The notes beneath the pieces are model-generated. The model made no database searches, was not told where the DNA came from, and worked only from the letters and a program-made list of their open reading frames with translations. This document shows positions 39,281 to 50,145 of a stretch of DNA of 64,000 bases, piece after piece. A program made the position numbers and the translations under genes. Origin of the DNA: Candidatus Latescibacterota bacterium (GTDB taxonomy: Bacteria > Latescibacterota > UBA2968); NCBI GenBank assembly GCA_965204745.1, contig OZ242010.1, positions 1,984,001 to 2,048,000 of the forward strand, given 5' to 3'. Positions within the stretch are counted from its first letter, which is position 1. The number at the start of each line of letters is the position of its first letter.

Positions 39281-41292
39281 CACGGATCGCAATGAATCTC
39301 ATGCCCATCGCCGGGGAACCAAAAGAAATCGACAAAAACGCCCAGGGTCACGCCGGCGATATAGCCCATGATCATCCCCAAGAAAAAGGGCGCGTAGTGT
39401 CGGTAGCGTTCCAACCCACCCAATTTCATGATGATGGTCTTCACGCCCCACATCAGAAACAGGCTAAAGGAATTGTCCTGCATTTCCACCATGCCGCAAA
39501 TCGTGAACCCGATGGGATGGATGGGAAAGCCCGGGAACCGATACCGCAGGTAGTAGAGCGTGGCTGTAAATACGCCTCCGATGCCCATGCACAGGAAGCG
39601 GTTCCAATCCGTGAACAGCGTGTCTGATTGAAGTCTCGACACGGCCAAGCGGCTGAAGCCCGCCCCGTTGAGCGCGCCGATGCCCTTGAAGGTGGTGCGT
39701 CCAAAATTCGCGCTGCCAATGCCGTAGTAGCCCTGATAGATGACGAACCCGACGACCGCGATGACGCCGAGCAGGCAACCGATGAGCACTGTGGGCGCCA
39801 CGGCTTTGCGGCTGCGCTTTGCCATGGCCATGCTCAAGCGCGGGATATGCGCCATTTGCGTGGTGGCAAAGGTTTTCCCATCCGCGACCAGGCTCATCGT
39901 GAGGGTCAAAATGGACGCGCCCGCAGGGCCTAAGTTGCCGACCCCAAAGGCGTGCCAGGTGAATCCCTGCGCGGTGAGGGGCACGCGGAGATACACGAGA
40001 CCGCTCTCGACCACAATGCGCGACATGCCGACAAACAGGACGAGCATGGCAAAGGACCAGCCGAGAACCGCCCCCGGCCCCATGCCTGCGCGCAACAGCC
40101 ACAAAAAGACAAACCCGCAACACGCGAGCAAGAGGCCGACTGCGGTGCGGTAGGACATGATCTCTTCCGAGTCGTCAACGCTTTCGTCGCGCAGAACGGC
40201 TTTGCGGAAAATGTCGCGGAAATGGGATCGCGCGATGTAAAACCCCCAGCCGACAAACACGGCCATGCCGCCAAAGGACATCCAACCAATCGCGGGATGG
40301 CTCGAACTCCACGGGTCATTCGCGCCCAAGTCCAAGCCAAAGCGGTTGAAAAGCCCGACCACGCAGATCTGAATGACGTGAAAAAACCACAGGCTAAACA
40401 GAACTTCCAGTTTGGTGAAGTAGCCCAGACAAAACGTGAGCAACACAAAGGTGGTGACGATGCTCGGAAATCCCGGCGCGACCGAAATCACATGCCTGCC
40501 GTATCGCCCGGCCAGGAAGGGGAACATCGGCAGGTTGACGCTGAACCAGGTGAACACGTTCCAAGCGATGATGGCAAAGGTCAGGCCAAATCCCCACTGA
40601 AACAGGCGGTTGCGTGCGAGGGTTCGCAAGGTGCCGGTCGTGCCCGAGACCCCGGTGAGTTCCAAAAGCGCGGTGGCAACCGGGAAAGACAGCCGCTCGT
40701 AGTCCATCCACTGTTTTCGCAACAACACGCTGAGACACAGGTGAATGGTCAAAATGCCCGCGATCAGCAGGCCCCACCAGAAAAGCACGGAGAACCACTC
40801 GCCCCACGGAAAAGGCGCGCCGGGCACTTGCCCTTCGTAAAACCCGCGCACCGCGTCTCGGTTGGTGATGGTCGTCCAACTCGGCATGTGGGGCAGGAGG
40901 AGCTCGTCAAACCTATTCTCGGGCGAGGCGTAATAAGCGGGCATGGTCAGCATTTGCAGAAACCACACCGTCAACCATTCGCCCTGCATGGTGGATGCCA
41001 CAAAGCCGATGCAGCAAATCGCCAGCAGCTCCGTCGGGGAAAACCCCATGCCGCGCCGCTCGAGAAACGCATTCAGAACCAGCAAGGCCACAAAGGGGAC
41101 GAGCATCGCCATCGACAGGTGCGAATGATCCGCCCGCGTGGAGTTGAGCACAAAGCTGGTGTACGTGGGCCACAAGGGCATGAGCACGCCCATCCCCAAG
41201 CCGATCAAGAGGGATCGCTTGGTGATAACAGACGATCCCTCGGCTGTATCCGATTTTGGGGCTTGCGATTTTGGTTGTGCAGACATGGGCAT
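39280..41292 (-). CDS. multi-pass membrane protein, DUF6785/DUF6784-like putative transporter
   Basis: RKQW...ERLSFP, GFPIHPIGF, PFFLGMIMG motifs; many TM helices. Confidence 0.75.
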   Translation of the reverse strand: MPMSAQPKSQAPKSDTAEGSSVITKRSLLIGLGMGVLMPLWPTYTSFVLNSTRADHSHLSMAMLVPFVALLVLNAFLERRGMGFSPTELLAICCIGFVASTMQGEWLTVWFLQMLTMPAYYASPENRFDELLLPHMPSWTTITNRDAVRGFYEGQVPGAPFPWGEWFSVLFWWGLLIAGILTIHLCLSVLLRKQWMDYERLSFPVATALLELTGVSGTTGTLRTLARNRLFQWGFGLTFAIIAWNVFTWFSVNLPMFPFLAGRYGRHVISVAPGFPSIVTTFVLLTFCLGYFTKLEVLFSLWFFHVIQICVVGLFNRFGLDLGANDPWSSSHPAIGWMSFGGMAVFVGWGFYIARSHFRDIFRKAVLRDESVDDSEEIMSYRTAVGLLLACCGFVFLWLLRAGMGPGAVLGWSFAMLVLFVGMSRIVVESGLVYLRVPLTAQGFTWHAFGVGNLGPAGASILTLTMSLVADGKTFATTQMAHIPRLSMAMAKRSRKAVAPTVLIGCLLGVIAVVGFVIYQGYYGIGSANFGRTTFKGIGALNGAGFSRLAVSRLQSDTLFTDWNRFLCMGIGGVFTATLYYLRYRFPGFPIHPIGFTICGMVEMQDNSFSLFLMWGVKTIIMKLGGLERYRHYAPFFLGMIMGYIAGVTLGVFVDFFWFPGDGHEIHCDP

Positions 41293-41665
41293 TTGGGGTA
41301 AGTAAAACCAATTTGAATGGCTGTTGTCCTATTCCTGGAACACTTCAACTATCACTGCTTCGGACAGGCTATGGGGGCCTGTCCCTACGATACGTCTATC
41401 CGCGCCGACAAATCATTCAGCAAAAACTGAGCAGATGGTCGTCTTGCAATATAATACAATAACGCCCGAGATGCGTAATATCCATAGTTTCCCCTCTCCC
41501 CTCATCCGCCCGTGCGTGCCCGTCCTGTCCCCACCCCGCCGTGTGCGTCATGCGATTTGTCTCTTATCTCTTCGGGCGAGCACGGAGGCATCGCCCCTAC
41601 ACACGGCTCACCTTTTGTGCCTTTTGTGCTTTTTGTGGCTAAAATCCCCTCTTGCCTCTCCCCTC

Positions 41666-42553
41666 TCACCTCTCCCTCCTCAACCTCGCCATCGTCTCCT
41701 CGATCCGTGCGCGTTGGGCAGTGCTGACGGGTCTGCCCGGGGGTCTTGGGTCTCCGCAGTCAATGCCCAAGCGCGCGCTCAACGCTGCTTTGATCAGGGA
41801 ATGAAAGCCACCGCCCGCGCCTGCGCTCAACGCCTCGTACGCATGCGTGGCTTTTTCCTGTGCGGCTTCTGCGGCCTGCAAATCGCCTGCGCGATACGCG
41901 GTCCAAATTGCCACCCACAATTCGGGCAACACAGTCAGGGGGCCATCCACGCATCCACACGCGCCGATGGTCAGGCCCGGTAGCATCAACCGATGGTTGC
42001 CGATAAAACACGCCAAGCCCATCCGTGCAAAGGTCCGCACATTGGCAAACGTCAGCGCGGAATGTTTTAATCCGGCCAGTTGCGGCACGCGATCCTGAAT
42101 TTTTGCCATCATGCCCGGCGTGATTTCCACACCGGTCGCGCCCGGCAAATTGTACACGAACAACGGCAAATCCGCCGCGCCGGCCACAACCCGATAGTGC
42201 TCGGCAATGTCGTCATCGTCGCGGCGATAGAAAAACGGCGGCACGCAACACAGCGCGTCTGCACCCGCACGGGCCGCGTGCTCGGCCAATCGCGCCGCGC
42301 GATCCGTTGTCGGCGCGCCCACATGCATGATGACCTTGGCCCGCCCCCGCGCTTGATCCACAATCGCAGAGGCGATCTGTTTGTTTTCCGCGTCGTCCAA
42401 CAACACGCTTTCGCCCGTGCCTCCGGCAACCCAAAATCCGTGGACACCGGCCTCGATGTTGAACGCGACAATTTTGCGAAATGCCGCTTCATTGAACCGT
42501 CCCGCTCGGTCCATCGGCGTTGCTATCGCAGGTACGACACCTTCAAAGCTCAT
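41666..42553 (-). CDS. DapA/NanA family aldolase/lyase
   Basis: GVVPAIATP, GGTGE, VYNLPGATG, GLKHS. Confidence 0.9.
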   Translation of the reverse strand: MSFEGVVPAIATPMDRAGRFNEAAFRKIVAFNIEAGVHGFWVAGGTGESVLLDDAENKQIASAIVDQARGRAKVIMHVGAPTTDRAARLAEHAARAGADALCCVPPFFYRRDDDDIAEHYRVVAGAADLPLFVYNLPGATGVEITPGMMAKIQDRVPQLAGLKHSALTFANVRTFARMGLACFIGNHRLMLPGLTIGACGCVDGPLTVLPELWVAIWTAYRAGDLQAAEAAQEKATHAYEALSAGAGGGFHSLIKAALSARLGIDCGDPRPPGRPVSTAQRARIEETMARLRRER

Positions 42554-42658
42554 GGTAATCTCCTCGTGTGATCCTCCTCCTCCTCACCCCGCTGCCCGTG
42601 CGTGCCTCTCCTCGCCCTGCCGCCCGTGTGCGTTTTCTCAGCTACGATTGCTTTTTGC

Positions 42659-43414
42659 CTATCCCAACGTGCGAATGTCCAGCCGTGTGACGCTCACGTG
42701 GCCTTCGCGCAGTGCCATGCCATCCGTGCCTTTGTGTTCATCCACTTCGGGCTGGTCGATGGCGTGGTGATACCCGTTTTCCGATGGCTTGAAACAAGAG
42801 GTGTAAAACGTGTGCCCGAGCGCGGTTGGGACGACCTGCCAGTTGGGGGCCAGTTCGCAGGGCAGGTTCACATTCCACGTTACCGGGGCGGACAGAAAAT
42901 CGTCTCGTGCGGTCAAAAACGCAAAAACGCGGTGCAACATGGCGCGACAATTTTTCAACAGCGCGTCCTGCACATCAGGGCGTAGGGCGCGGTGTGCAAT
43001 CCAGTGTTGAAACACAGGCCCGTGCAAAACCTGCGACAAGGCCACGCCCGGCACGCCTGCGATATTGGCTTCTAGCGCAGCGCCGATGGTGCCGGATGAG
43101 AGCGCGAATCCCAAACCCGCGTTGCTGCCCATGTTGATGCCCGAAATCACCAGATCGGGTTTGCTGTCGAACAAGTGGTAAATGCCGAAATTCGCGCAGT
43201 CTGCCGGCGTTCCCGAAAGCGCGTACGCCGCGCACGCAAAGCCGTCCAAAGGCTCCAGATGCAACGCGCCCAACCGCGTCATGGCCTTGCCCTTCCAACT
43301 CTGCTCTGTTGCCGGCACCACAGCCATCACCTGCGCCTTCGCCTGAAAATAAGCCATTGCAAAGTGAAACAAAGGCGAATCCAAACCGTCGTCATTGGTC
43401 AATAGAATTTTCAA
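42659..43414 (-). CDS. surE: 5'/3'-nucleotidase SurE family
   Basis: ILLTNDDG, GTPADC, DLVISGINMGSN, SSGTIGAA. Confidence 0.92.
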   Translation of the reverse strand: MKILLTNDDGLDSPLFHFAMAYFQAKAQVMAVVPATEQSWKGKAMTRLGALHLEPLDGFACAAYALSGTPADCANFGIYHLFDSKPDLVISGINMGSNAGLGFALSSGTIGAALEANIAGVPGVALSQVLHGPVFQHWIAHRALRPDVQDALLKNCRAMLHRVFAFLTARDDFLSAPVTWNVNLPCELAPNWQVVPTALGHTFYTSCFKPSENGYHHAIDQPEVDEHKGTDGMALREGHVSVTRLDIRTLG

Positions 43415-43474
43415 GTCGCGCTCCCTTCAATCGCAACCGCGGATGAACGCGGCCGGGCATTTCGTAACAGACAG

Positions 43475-46400
43475 TCAGTTTGACGACACGGCTTTCCCAA
43501 AATGATTGGCAAAGACCAGGAAATCGTTAAACCCTATCGCGCCATCGCCATCCAAATCAAACCGCGCATCATACCCTTCGTCATTCTGACTCAATCCAAA
43601 CTGCGCGACGAACAGCAGAAAATCGGGAAAACCAACCGCGCCATCGCCATCAAAGTCGGACATAAGGGGCGTGATATACGGCGACATATCCCACAGCAGA
43701 ACCGTGCCATCCCATGATCCGGATGCGAGCGTTGTGCCATCGGGCGAAAATGCAACAGAAACGACCAAATCGGTATGCCCCTCAAGCGTAGCGATCTCTG
43801 TTCGTGTCGCAAGGTCCCACAACTTGACTTTTTCCCAGGCACCCGAAGCGAGTGTCGTGCCATCGGGGGAAAATGCAACAGAATACGCTTCATTTCTATG
43901 CACAGCCCGAAGAAAGGCAATCTCCTTTCGCATTGCCACATCCCATAGCCTGACACCGTTGTCTGCCCCTGAAGCAAGCGTTGTCCCATCGGGCGAAAAT
44001 GCAATAGAAAACACCTGGCTTGTATGCCCTTCAAGAATAGCGATATTTGTCCGTGTTGATACATCCCATAATCTGACTGTCATATCCCATGATCCGGAAG
44101 CGAGCATTGTACCATCCGGGGAATACGCGACAGCGGTGGCTAGCTCCGTATGTCCTTCAAGGGTGGCGATACTTTCTCGTGTCGATACATTCCACAGCTT
44201 AATCGTCCCATCCGATGACGCTGACGCGAGGGTTGAACCATCGGGCGAAAACGCAACTGACCGGACCGACGACGCCCGCACCGTCGTGATATGTTGTCCT
44301 GTCTCAACATCCCACAGATAGAGATCCCCTGAGTTTACTAAAACGAGTGTCGCCCCATCAGGTGAGAATACGCCTGAGAATACGCCTGAGAATACGGCAT
44401 ACTCCCCACCCTTGAGTATGGGGATGTTTTGTCCTGTTGCCACATCCCAAAGTCTGTCTCCCGCAAAGAGGGTTGAACCATCGGGCGAAAACGCAATTCC
44501 ATCAATGTAACGACTTCCCAAGCGAGCGAGTGCGCCGTCGGGTAAATGCCATGTCCGGCCTCCCAAGGCATTAAAAGTCGCCTCAAGTTCAACCTCAACA
44601 GCATTTACTCCAGGCTGTAGCGTTAGCGTGCTTAGCACCCTGCCAGTCGCCACAAGTTCAGCAACAGATACCTCAACAGCATTTATTCCCGGCTGTCTTC
44701 CAAGCGTCAGCAGGCTTTGCGCCCTGCCATTGGCATCGGTTGTTGCGTTCTCAACTGTGAGCGTTCCATCGCCTTCGGTGACAGTAAATTTAACTTGAGC
44801 ACCTTGTAAGGGATTGCCGTATTGATCTTTCACTTCAATAACATAAGGGTCCGGCAATGTTTCACCCGGTGCCCCTTCCTGTTCATCCCCTGAGATTTTC
44901 ACCAGCACTTGAGGACGCGGTTGTATCAATTTAGGTATATCCCACAGCAGAACCACTCCATCCAAGCCTCCAGAAGCGAGGGTTGAACCATCAGGCGAAA
45001 ACGCAACAGAAGAGACCCCCCAATGCCCTTCAAGTGTAGCAATATTTGTTCGCGTTGCAATATCCCACAACTTGACCGTGCCCGCCCCGGAGGCGAGGGT
45101 TGAACCATCAGGCGAAAACGCAACAGAGGAGACCTCCCCTCTATGCCCTTCAAGTGTAGCGATATTTGTTTCCGTTGCCATATCCCACAACTTGACCGTG
45201 CTATCCCAAGACCCTGACGCGAGGGTTGAACCATCTGGCGAAAACGCAACTGATTTGACCCAAAACGTATGTCCCCTAAGAGTGGCGATATTTGTTCGCG
45301 TTGCCATATCCCACAGCTTGACCGTTCCATCATCTGATCCGGAGGCGAGGATTGAACCATCTGGCGAAAACGCAACTGAAGAGACCCAAAACGTATGTCC
45401 CCTAAGATTGGCGATATTTGTCCGCGTTGCAATATCCCACAACTTGATCGTTTCATAATCTGAGAAGGCGAGGATTGAACCATCTGGCGAAAACACAACT
45501 GATTGGGCCTCCATCTCATGCTTAAACATAGCGATTTTTGCTCGCGTTGCCACATTCCACAGCTCGACCGTAAAATAATTATTTCTTGCCGAGGCGAGGG
45601 TTGCACCATCGGGTGAAAACGCAACCACCAGTCCTTTACCTTTAATCGTGACGGTGTCGGTCTCTGTTCGCGTTGCAATATCCCACAAATTGATCGATTT
45701 ATTAGGTTGTGTTGACATTTCATTTTTTGACGTTACGCACAGAGTAGCAACTGTGTTGCTTCTTGCTCATTTAATGCGTTTGGTCCTTTGATGGCTTAGG
45801 TTGCTCTGATGGCGTTGCGCGAGGGGACCTATCCCCCGGCCCCTTTCCTACGAGGAAAGGGGAGTAAAGTCCCTTTGATGGCTTCTCGCTATGGTTGCTC
45901 TGAGGGCATAAAGCGATTAAATATCTCTCATCAATACCCTCGCAAAACCGCTCACCGTTCCCCCCTTCCTCGCAGGAAGGGGGGTTAGGGGGGTAGGTCC
46001 CGATAAGGAGCGACTGTTTCAGTTTCTCAAACCTTCTGCGATAGGGCTTGATTTTCTCGATAAACCGATCAAGCCAGTTGCTTTGCTCGTAAATGTCAAC
46101 AGAACCTAGCTCCGGAGGCGAGGGTTGCGCCATCGGGTGAAAACGCAACTGATTCGACGTCACCTAAATCCCCCTGAAAATCGGCAATAATACCTAGCGC
46201 AACATCCTTCAGCCTAAATTCTTTCAGGACACTATTCCCGCGAGTATCTACTGCCATGACGAAAATTCGATGCCAAAGCGCATCGGAAAGACCGATGCCT
46301 CCTGCGCCATCATAATCGAATTGAACAGTGGCAGTTTTTTCTCCATTCAATCCCTGACACGCCCTTAATCCCCTCCTGCCGTATGGACTGTCGTATAGAA

Positions 46401-47301
46401 GTACTTGATGGAGTCCGGCCGGATAGAGTCTGTCCAGATCGCTGATTTTGAGTTGGATAGAGATGTTCTTTGAACCTGTCGGGTATAAATGTGATGATAT
46501 GGGTTTGATTGTTGGTGGCTGTGCATCTTCAATTGGTACGGGCTTGAAATAGGGATGAACGGACAAAAATTTAGCAGCACACGCAGATAGCGAGTTTCGT
46601 TGCGCCCCATACGACATGATATACGCCCCATCCCGCCAATCGTGTTCCAAGCCAAAGGCATGTCCAAGTTCATGGGCGGCGGTTGTCCAGTGAAATCCGC
46701 CAGGAACGAACACACTGCCCTGATTTTTTCGTCTCCAGATTTCCGATCCAAATCTAGTCCTACCGACTAGGGCTGTTCTTCCTAGTGCAGTCCCGATTCT
46801 GTCTGTACTATTATCAACAACGATAAAGTAAATGTTCTGATAGAAATCAAACGCCTGCTCAGCTTCCCCAACCGTACCGCTAAGATAGTGGCTATCGGGG
46901 TGTTGCCCATCCACTCGGTGAACCAAGGGTTCGCCTTGGGCATCGGTTTCAAAGCGGAAGGTCATGTCCCCATGTCCATGCGCTCGCATCTGATCGCGGT
47001 AAAAAGTCTGAATGTTGCGAATCTCATCTTTCATTTTCTGAACGATCTCGGCGCGATACGGCCGGTCATTGGGCAAAAAGTAGATCATCCGCACAGTGCG
47101 CGGTTCACCCACGTTCCGATTCAACGCATGCTTGCTTGCGGCATAGAGGCTATCGCGTGCTCGCATGGCTTCCAAGGTGAGGGGCAAACAGAAATGCACC
47201 TCTTGCTCTGCGAGTGGCGGAGACGCCTGCGCGATAGACGCGAAGCAGAGCAACGCAAAAACGCACGCGGTCAATTTGGCTGGGATGGCGAAAGGGGTCA
47301 T
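43475..47301 (-). pseudogene. secreted zinc-metallopeptidase + WD40 + Ig-like (Big_1) + WD40 + EF-hand/dockerin-like protein, split by a MITE
   Basis: HELGHAFGLEH; many SVAFSPDG..LASG..D.TVKLWD repeats; KISGDEQEG...TTDANGRA; DFDGDGAVGFPDF; the two ORFs join in frame when 45705-46106 plus one TA is removed. Confidence 0.88.
45705..46106 (-). mobile_element. MITE family A, copy 3 (~402 bp)
   Basis: GGTTGTGTTGACATTT / AAATGTCAACAGAACC, TA duplicated (45703-45704, 46107-46108). Confidence 0.92.
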
Positions 47302-47575
47302 GGTTGTGCTCCTTGTTGCTATGTGGCTATGCCTGTGGTGCATGCGAAATGACGTTTGCGCTTCTTGATGCGATGTAGGCTATGCCCGTAATGCGTTCTG
47401 CCACTGCCATGCCATCGCCGAGGCGAGGACAGGCACGGGGGCCTGTCCCTACGGGTGATTGCTGACCGATTGGGGACTGAGGGCTGTGTGGACTGACTAC
47501 TGACCACTTGGAGCAACGCAGATGGGTGGCCGGGTTTCAATCCGCGCAATCCCCGAATCCGCGCAAATCCGCGAA

Positions 47576-49051
47576 TCAGACGCGCTCTTCAAAAGGATAC
47601 ATGGGCCTGCGCCGAAATTGGTAGTCGAAATTTCGCATATCCGCTACGGTCGCGCCGGGGGTATCCACGCGGATCAGCGTGGTGCAGACGGGTTGGTACG
47701 CCGCGACCGGGGCGTGGACGCCTTTGGCGACGATCACCTGAAACGCCGAGGGGGTGAGGCCGCAACTCGTCATCAACCCCAAGCTCACGGGCACGGTGCG
47801 CCGCGATGTCAAGCTGATCGCGAGTTGGGTATCCGTCTCCACAATGGCCGTGGCGCCCATGTCAAAAGCGGTTCGCCCGCCGTGCCGCACTTCGGTCTCT
47901 CTGAATTTTCCATCGTGCAGGCTCCGCACGCACACTTCGGCCTCTAAGGGCGCGCCGTGCAACTCGTCCGTCTTGCCGCCGATACGCAACGCAAGGCGAT
48001 TGCCGACTCCTGCGTCTCGGGCGCGCTGTTGCGATTCCGGATCGAAAATGCACACAAAGCTCGGCGCGGTCCCTCGCCTGTGCAATTCGCGCACGATAGC
48101 CGTGCCGTCGCCCGCTGAGCCGCCGCCCACATTGTCGCCCATGTCGAGCAGACAAACCGGACCTTGTTGCGCCATCGCCTGATCGACCGCGTCGGGAATC
48201 GCGATGTATTCGCCCACAAATTCTGCGCGATGGACGTACAAATAATCCGCCAGCCGATTTGCCAGCACTTGCGCGCGGTCTGGATCACCATCTGTCACCA
48301 CCACAAATGCCGCTCCCATTTCTTCGACATCGGCATAAGGGAACCCGAGCAAGATGCTGTTCGACAACACCCCCGGTTCTCGCAACATCTCATCTGCCAA
48401 TTCGTACATCGGCAAACACGGCGGTGCAGAGGTCAGTTGCCGCTCGATATTGATGCCAATGGAGGGAAACGCGCCGGCCTGCGTGGGTTTGACTCCGCCT
48501 CTCAACGTGCGTGCCATCAGGGTTGCGGCTTCCAACCCGCGCTGTTTTTGATCCAGATGGGGATTCGACCGATAGGCTATCGTGGCATCGCACGCGGCAA
48601 CCATGCGCGGGGACAAATTGGCGTGGGGATCCAGGGTGCAGATCATCGGCTTTTGCGGCCCGACCCGTGCGCGCAACCGCGACAGCCAATACCCATCCAA
48701 ATCCCGGTACGCGTCGCCCTCGCCCGCATTTGCCCCGTGCGGCGCGACCAGGTAGCCATCCACTTCGCCAACCGCTACCACTCGGTCAAACATCTGCGCC
48801 ATCAATGCGTCACAAGCCGCTTTGGCAATGCGCCCAGATGGCGTTGTGCCCGCATGAAAAATCGGCAGCGCGTCAATGCCTGCTGCCGTCAAGCCCTCCA
48901 AAAAGCCACTGACTTCGTGGTGCCTGCCCGAGTAGTGATCGTACATCGCCTGCCCGGTCAAAATCCCGTCTCGCTGAAAAGCGTCTAAAGTCGTCGGTGC
49001 GTTGATAAACGTGTTCGACTCGTGCAACAGAGAAATAACGCCCACGCGCAT
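47576..49051 (-). CDS. M81 family metallopeptidase (MlrC-like)
   Basis: HESNTF, PHGA, LDPHAN, YRSNPHLD, DMGDNVGGG. Confidence 0.92.
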   Translation of the reverse strand: MRVGVISLLHESNTFINAPTTLDAFQRDGILTGQAMYDHYSGRHHEVSGFLEGLTAAGIDALPIFHAGTTPSGRIAKAACDALMAQMFDRVVAVGEVDGYLVAPHGANAGEGDAYRDLDGYWLSRLRARVGPQKPMICTLDPHANLSPRMVAACDATIAYRSNPHLDQKQRGLEAATLMARTLRGGVKPTQAGAFPSIGINIERQLTSAPPCLPMYELADEMLREPGVLSNSILLGFPYADVEEMGAAFVVVTDGDPDRAQVLANRLADYLYVHRAEFVGEYIAIPDAVDQAMAQQGPVCLLDMGDNVGGGSAGDGTAIVRELHRRGTAPSFVCIFDPESQQRARDAGVGNRLALRIGGKTDELHGAPLEAEVCVRSLHDGKFRETEVRHGGRTAFDMGATAIVETDTQLAISLTSRRTVPVSLGLMTSCGLTPSAFQVIVAKGVHAPVAAYQPVCTTLIRVDTPGATVADMRNFDYQFRRRPMYPFEERV

Positions 49052-49167
49052 GGGGACTCCTTAGAGAAATGAGGAGAGAATGTAGGGGCGATGCCCGTCC
49101 GTGAGTAGTCAGTTGTCAGTAGTCAGTCCCCGCCCAACCGCCCAAAGTCGTTCTATCGAGATGTTTA

Positions 49168-49586
49168 GGTTGTGTTGACATTTACGAGTCATGTAACTGG
49201 ATTGAGCGGTTTATCGAGAAAATCAAGCCCTATCGCAGAATATGCTCTCGGTTTGAGAAACTTGGAACAGTCGCTACTTTTCGGGACCTACCCCCTAACC
49301 CCCTTCCTGCGAGGAAGGGGGAACAGTGAGCGGTTTTGCGAGGGGATGGTGTGAGGGATTTTAATCGTTTTATGCCCTCGGTCAACGCCATCAGAGCAAC
49401 CAGAGCGAGAAGCCATCAAAGGAGCTTTACTCCCCTTTCCTCGTAGGAAAGGGGCCGGGGGATAGGTCCCCTCGCGCAACGCCATCAGAGCAACCTAAGC
49501 CATCAAAGGACCAAACGCCTTAAATCAGCAAGCAACACATTTGCTACTCTGTGCGTAACGTCAAAAAATGAAATGTCAACACGACC
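49168..49586 (+). mobile_element. MITE family A, copy 4 (~419 bp)
   Basis: GGTTGTGTTGACATTT / AAATGTCAACACGACC, TA on both sides; inserted in the Rieske gene stop codon. Confidence 0.88.
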
Positions 49587-50026
49587 TATATTTCTACGAT
49601 GAGATACGTTTGCTCCACTGTGACTGGATATGTCTCTGCTACATAAGGGCCTTTTGCCAACCCGGCCATGGCTTCCGCGCCTTTGATTTCTGTGCCGGGG
49701 GTGATTTCTACGTCATAGCTCCGCACGCGCACGCTGGCGGGATCGACCCAGGACTGCCCGGTTTTGATATCGTATTCCCAGCCGTGCCACGGGCAACGCA
49801 AAATTTCGCCCTTGCGCGTGTACTCGTATTCCCCAGGCACGCTTGCGGTGACAAAGCCCGATACCCGGCCCTTGCACAGCGCGCCGCCTTGATGCGGGCA
49901 GCGGTTGCGAAGCGCGTAAAATTCGCCGCGAATATTAAATATGCCGATTTCGCGCCCCGCGACCGTCACCAATTTCCGCGCCCCCGGCGGGATTTCGTCA
50001 ACTGTTCCGATAATGTGTTTTGCCAT
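49586..50026 (-). CDS. Rieske (2Fe-2S) protein
   Basis: NRCPHQG and RCPWHGWEYD. Confidence 0.93.
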   Translation of the reverse strand: MAKHIIGTVDEIPPGARKLVTVAGREIGIFNIRGEFYALRNRCPHQGGALCKGRVSGFVTASVPGEYEYTRKGEILRCPWHGWEYDIKTGQSWVDPASVRVRSYDVEITPGTEIKGAEAMAGLAKGPYVAETYPVTVEQTYLIVEI

Positions 50027-50145
50027 ATCGAGTTACGCTCAATATACGCCGCGAGGAGTCGCTCTCTTGCAGCGCGTGACCAATCGCACTCCTCGTCGTC
50101 CATATCTGGAATCGCGATCACAATGTCATGACCCGGTTTGTGCGG

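Noticed and set aside
41324-41983. 219-aa plus-strand ORF
   Set aside because: Made of intergenic repeats plus antisense of the DapA-like gene
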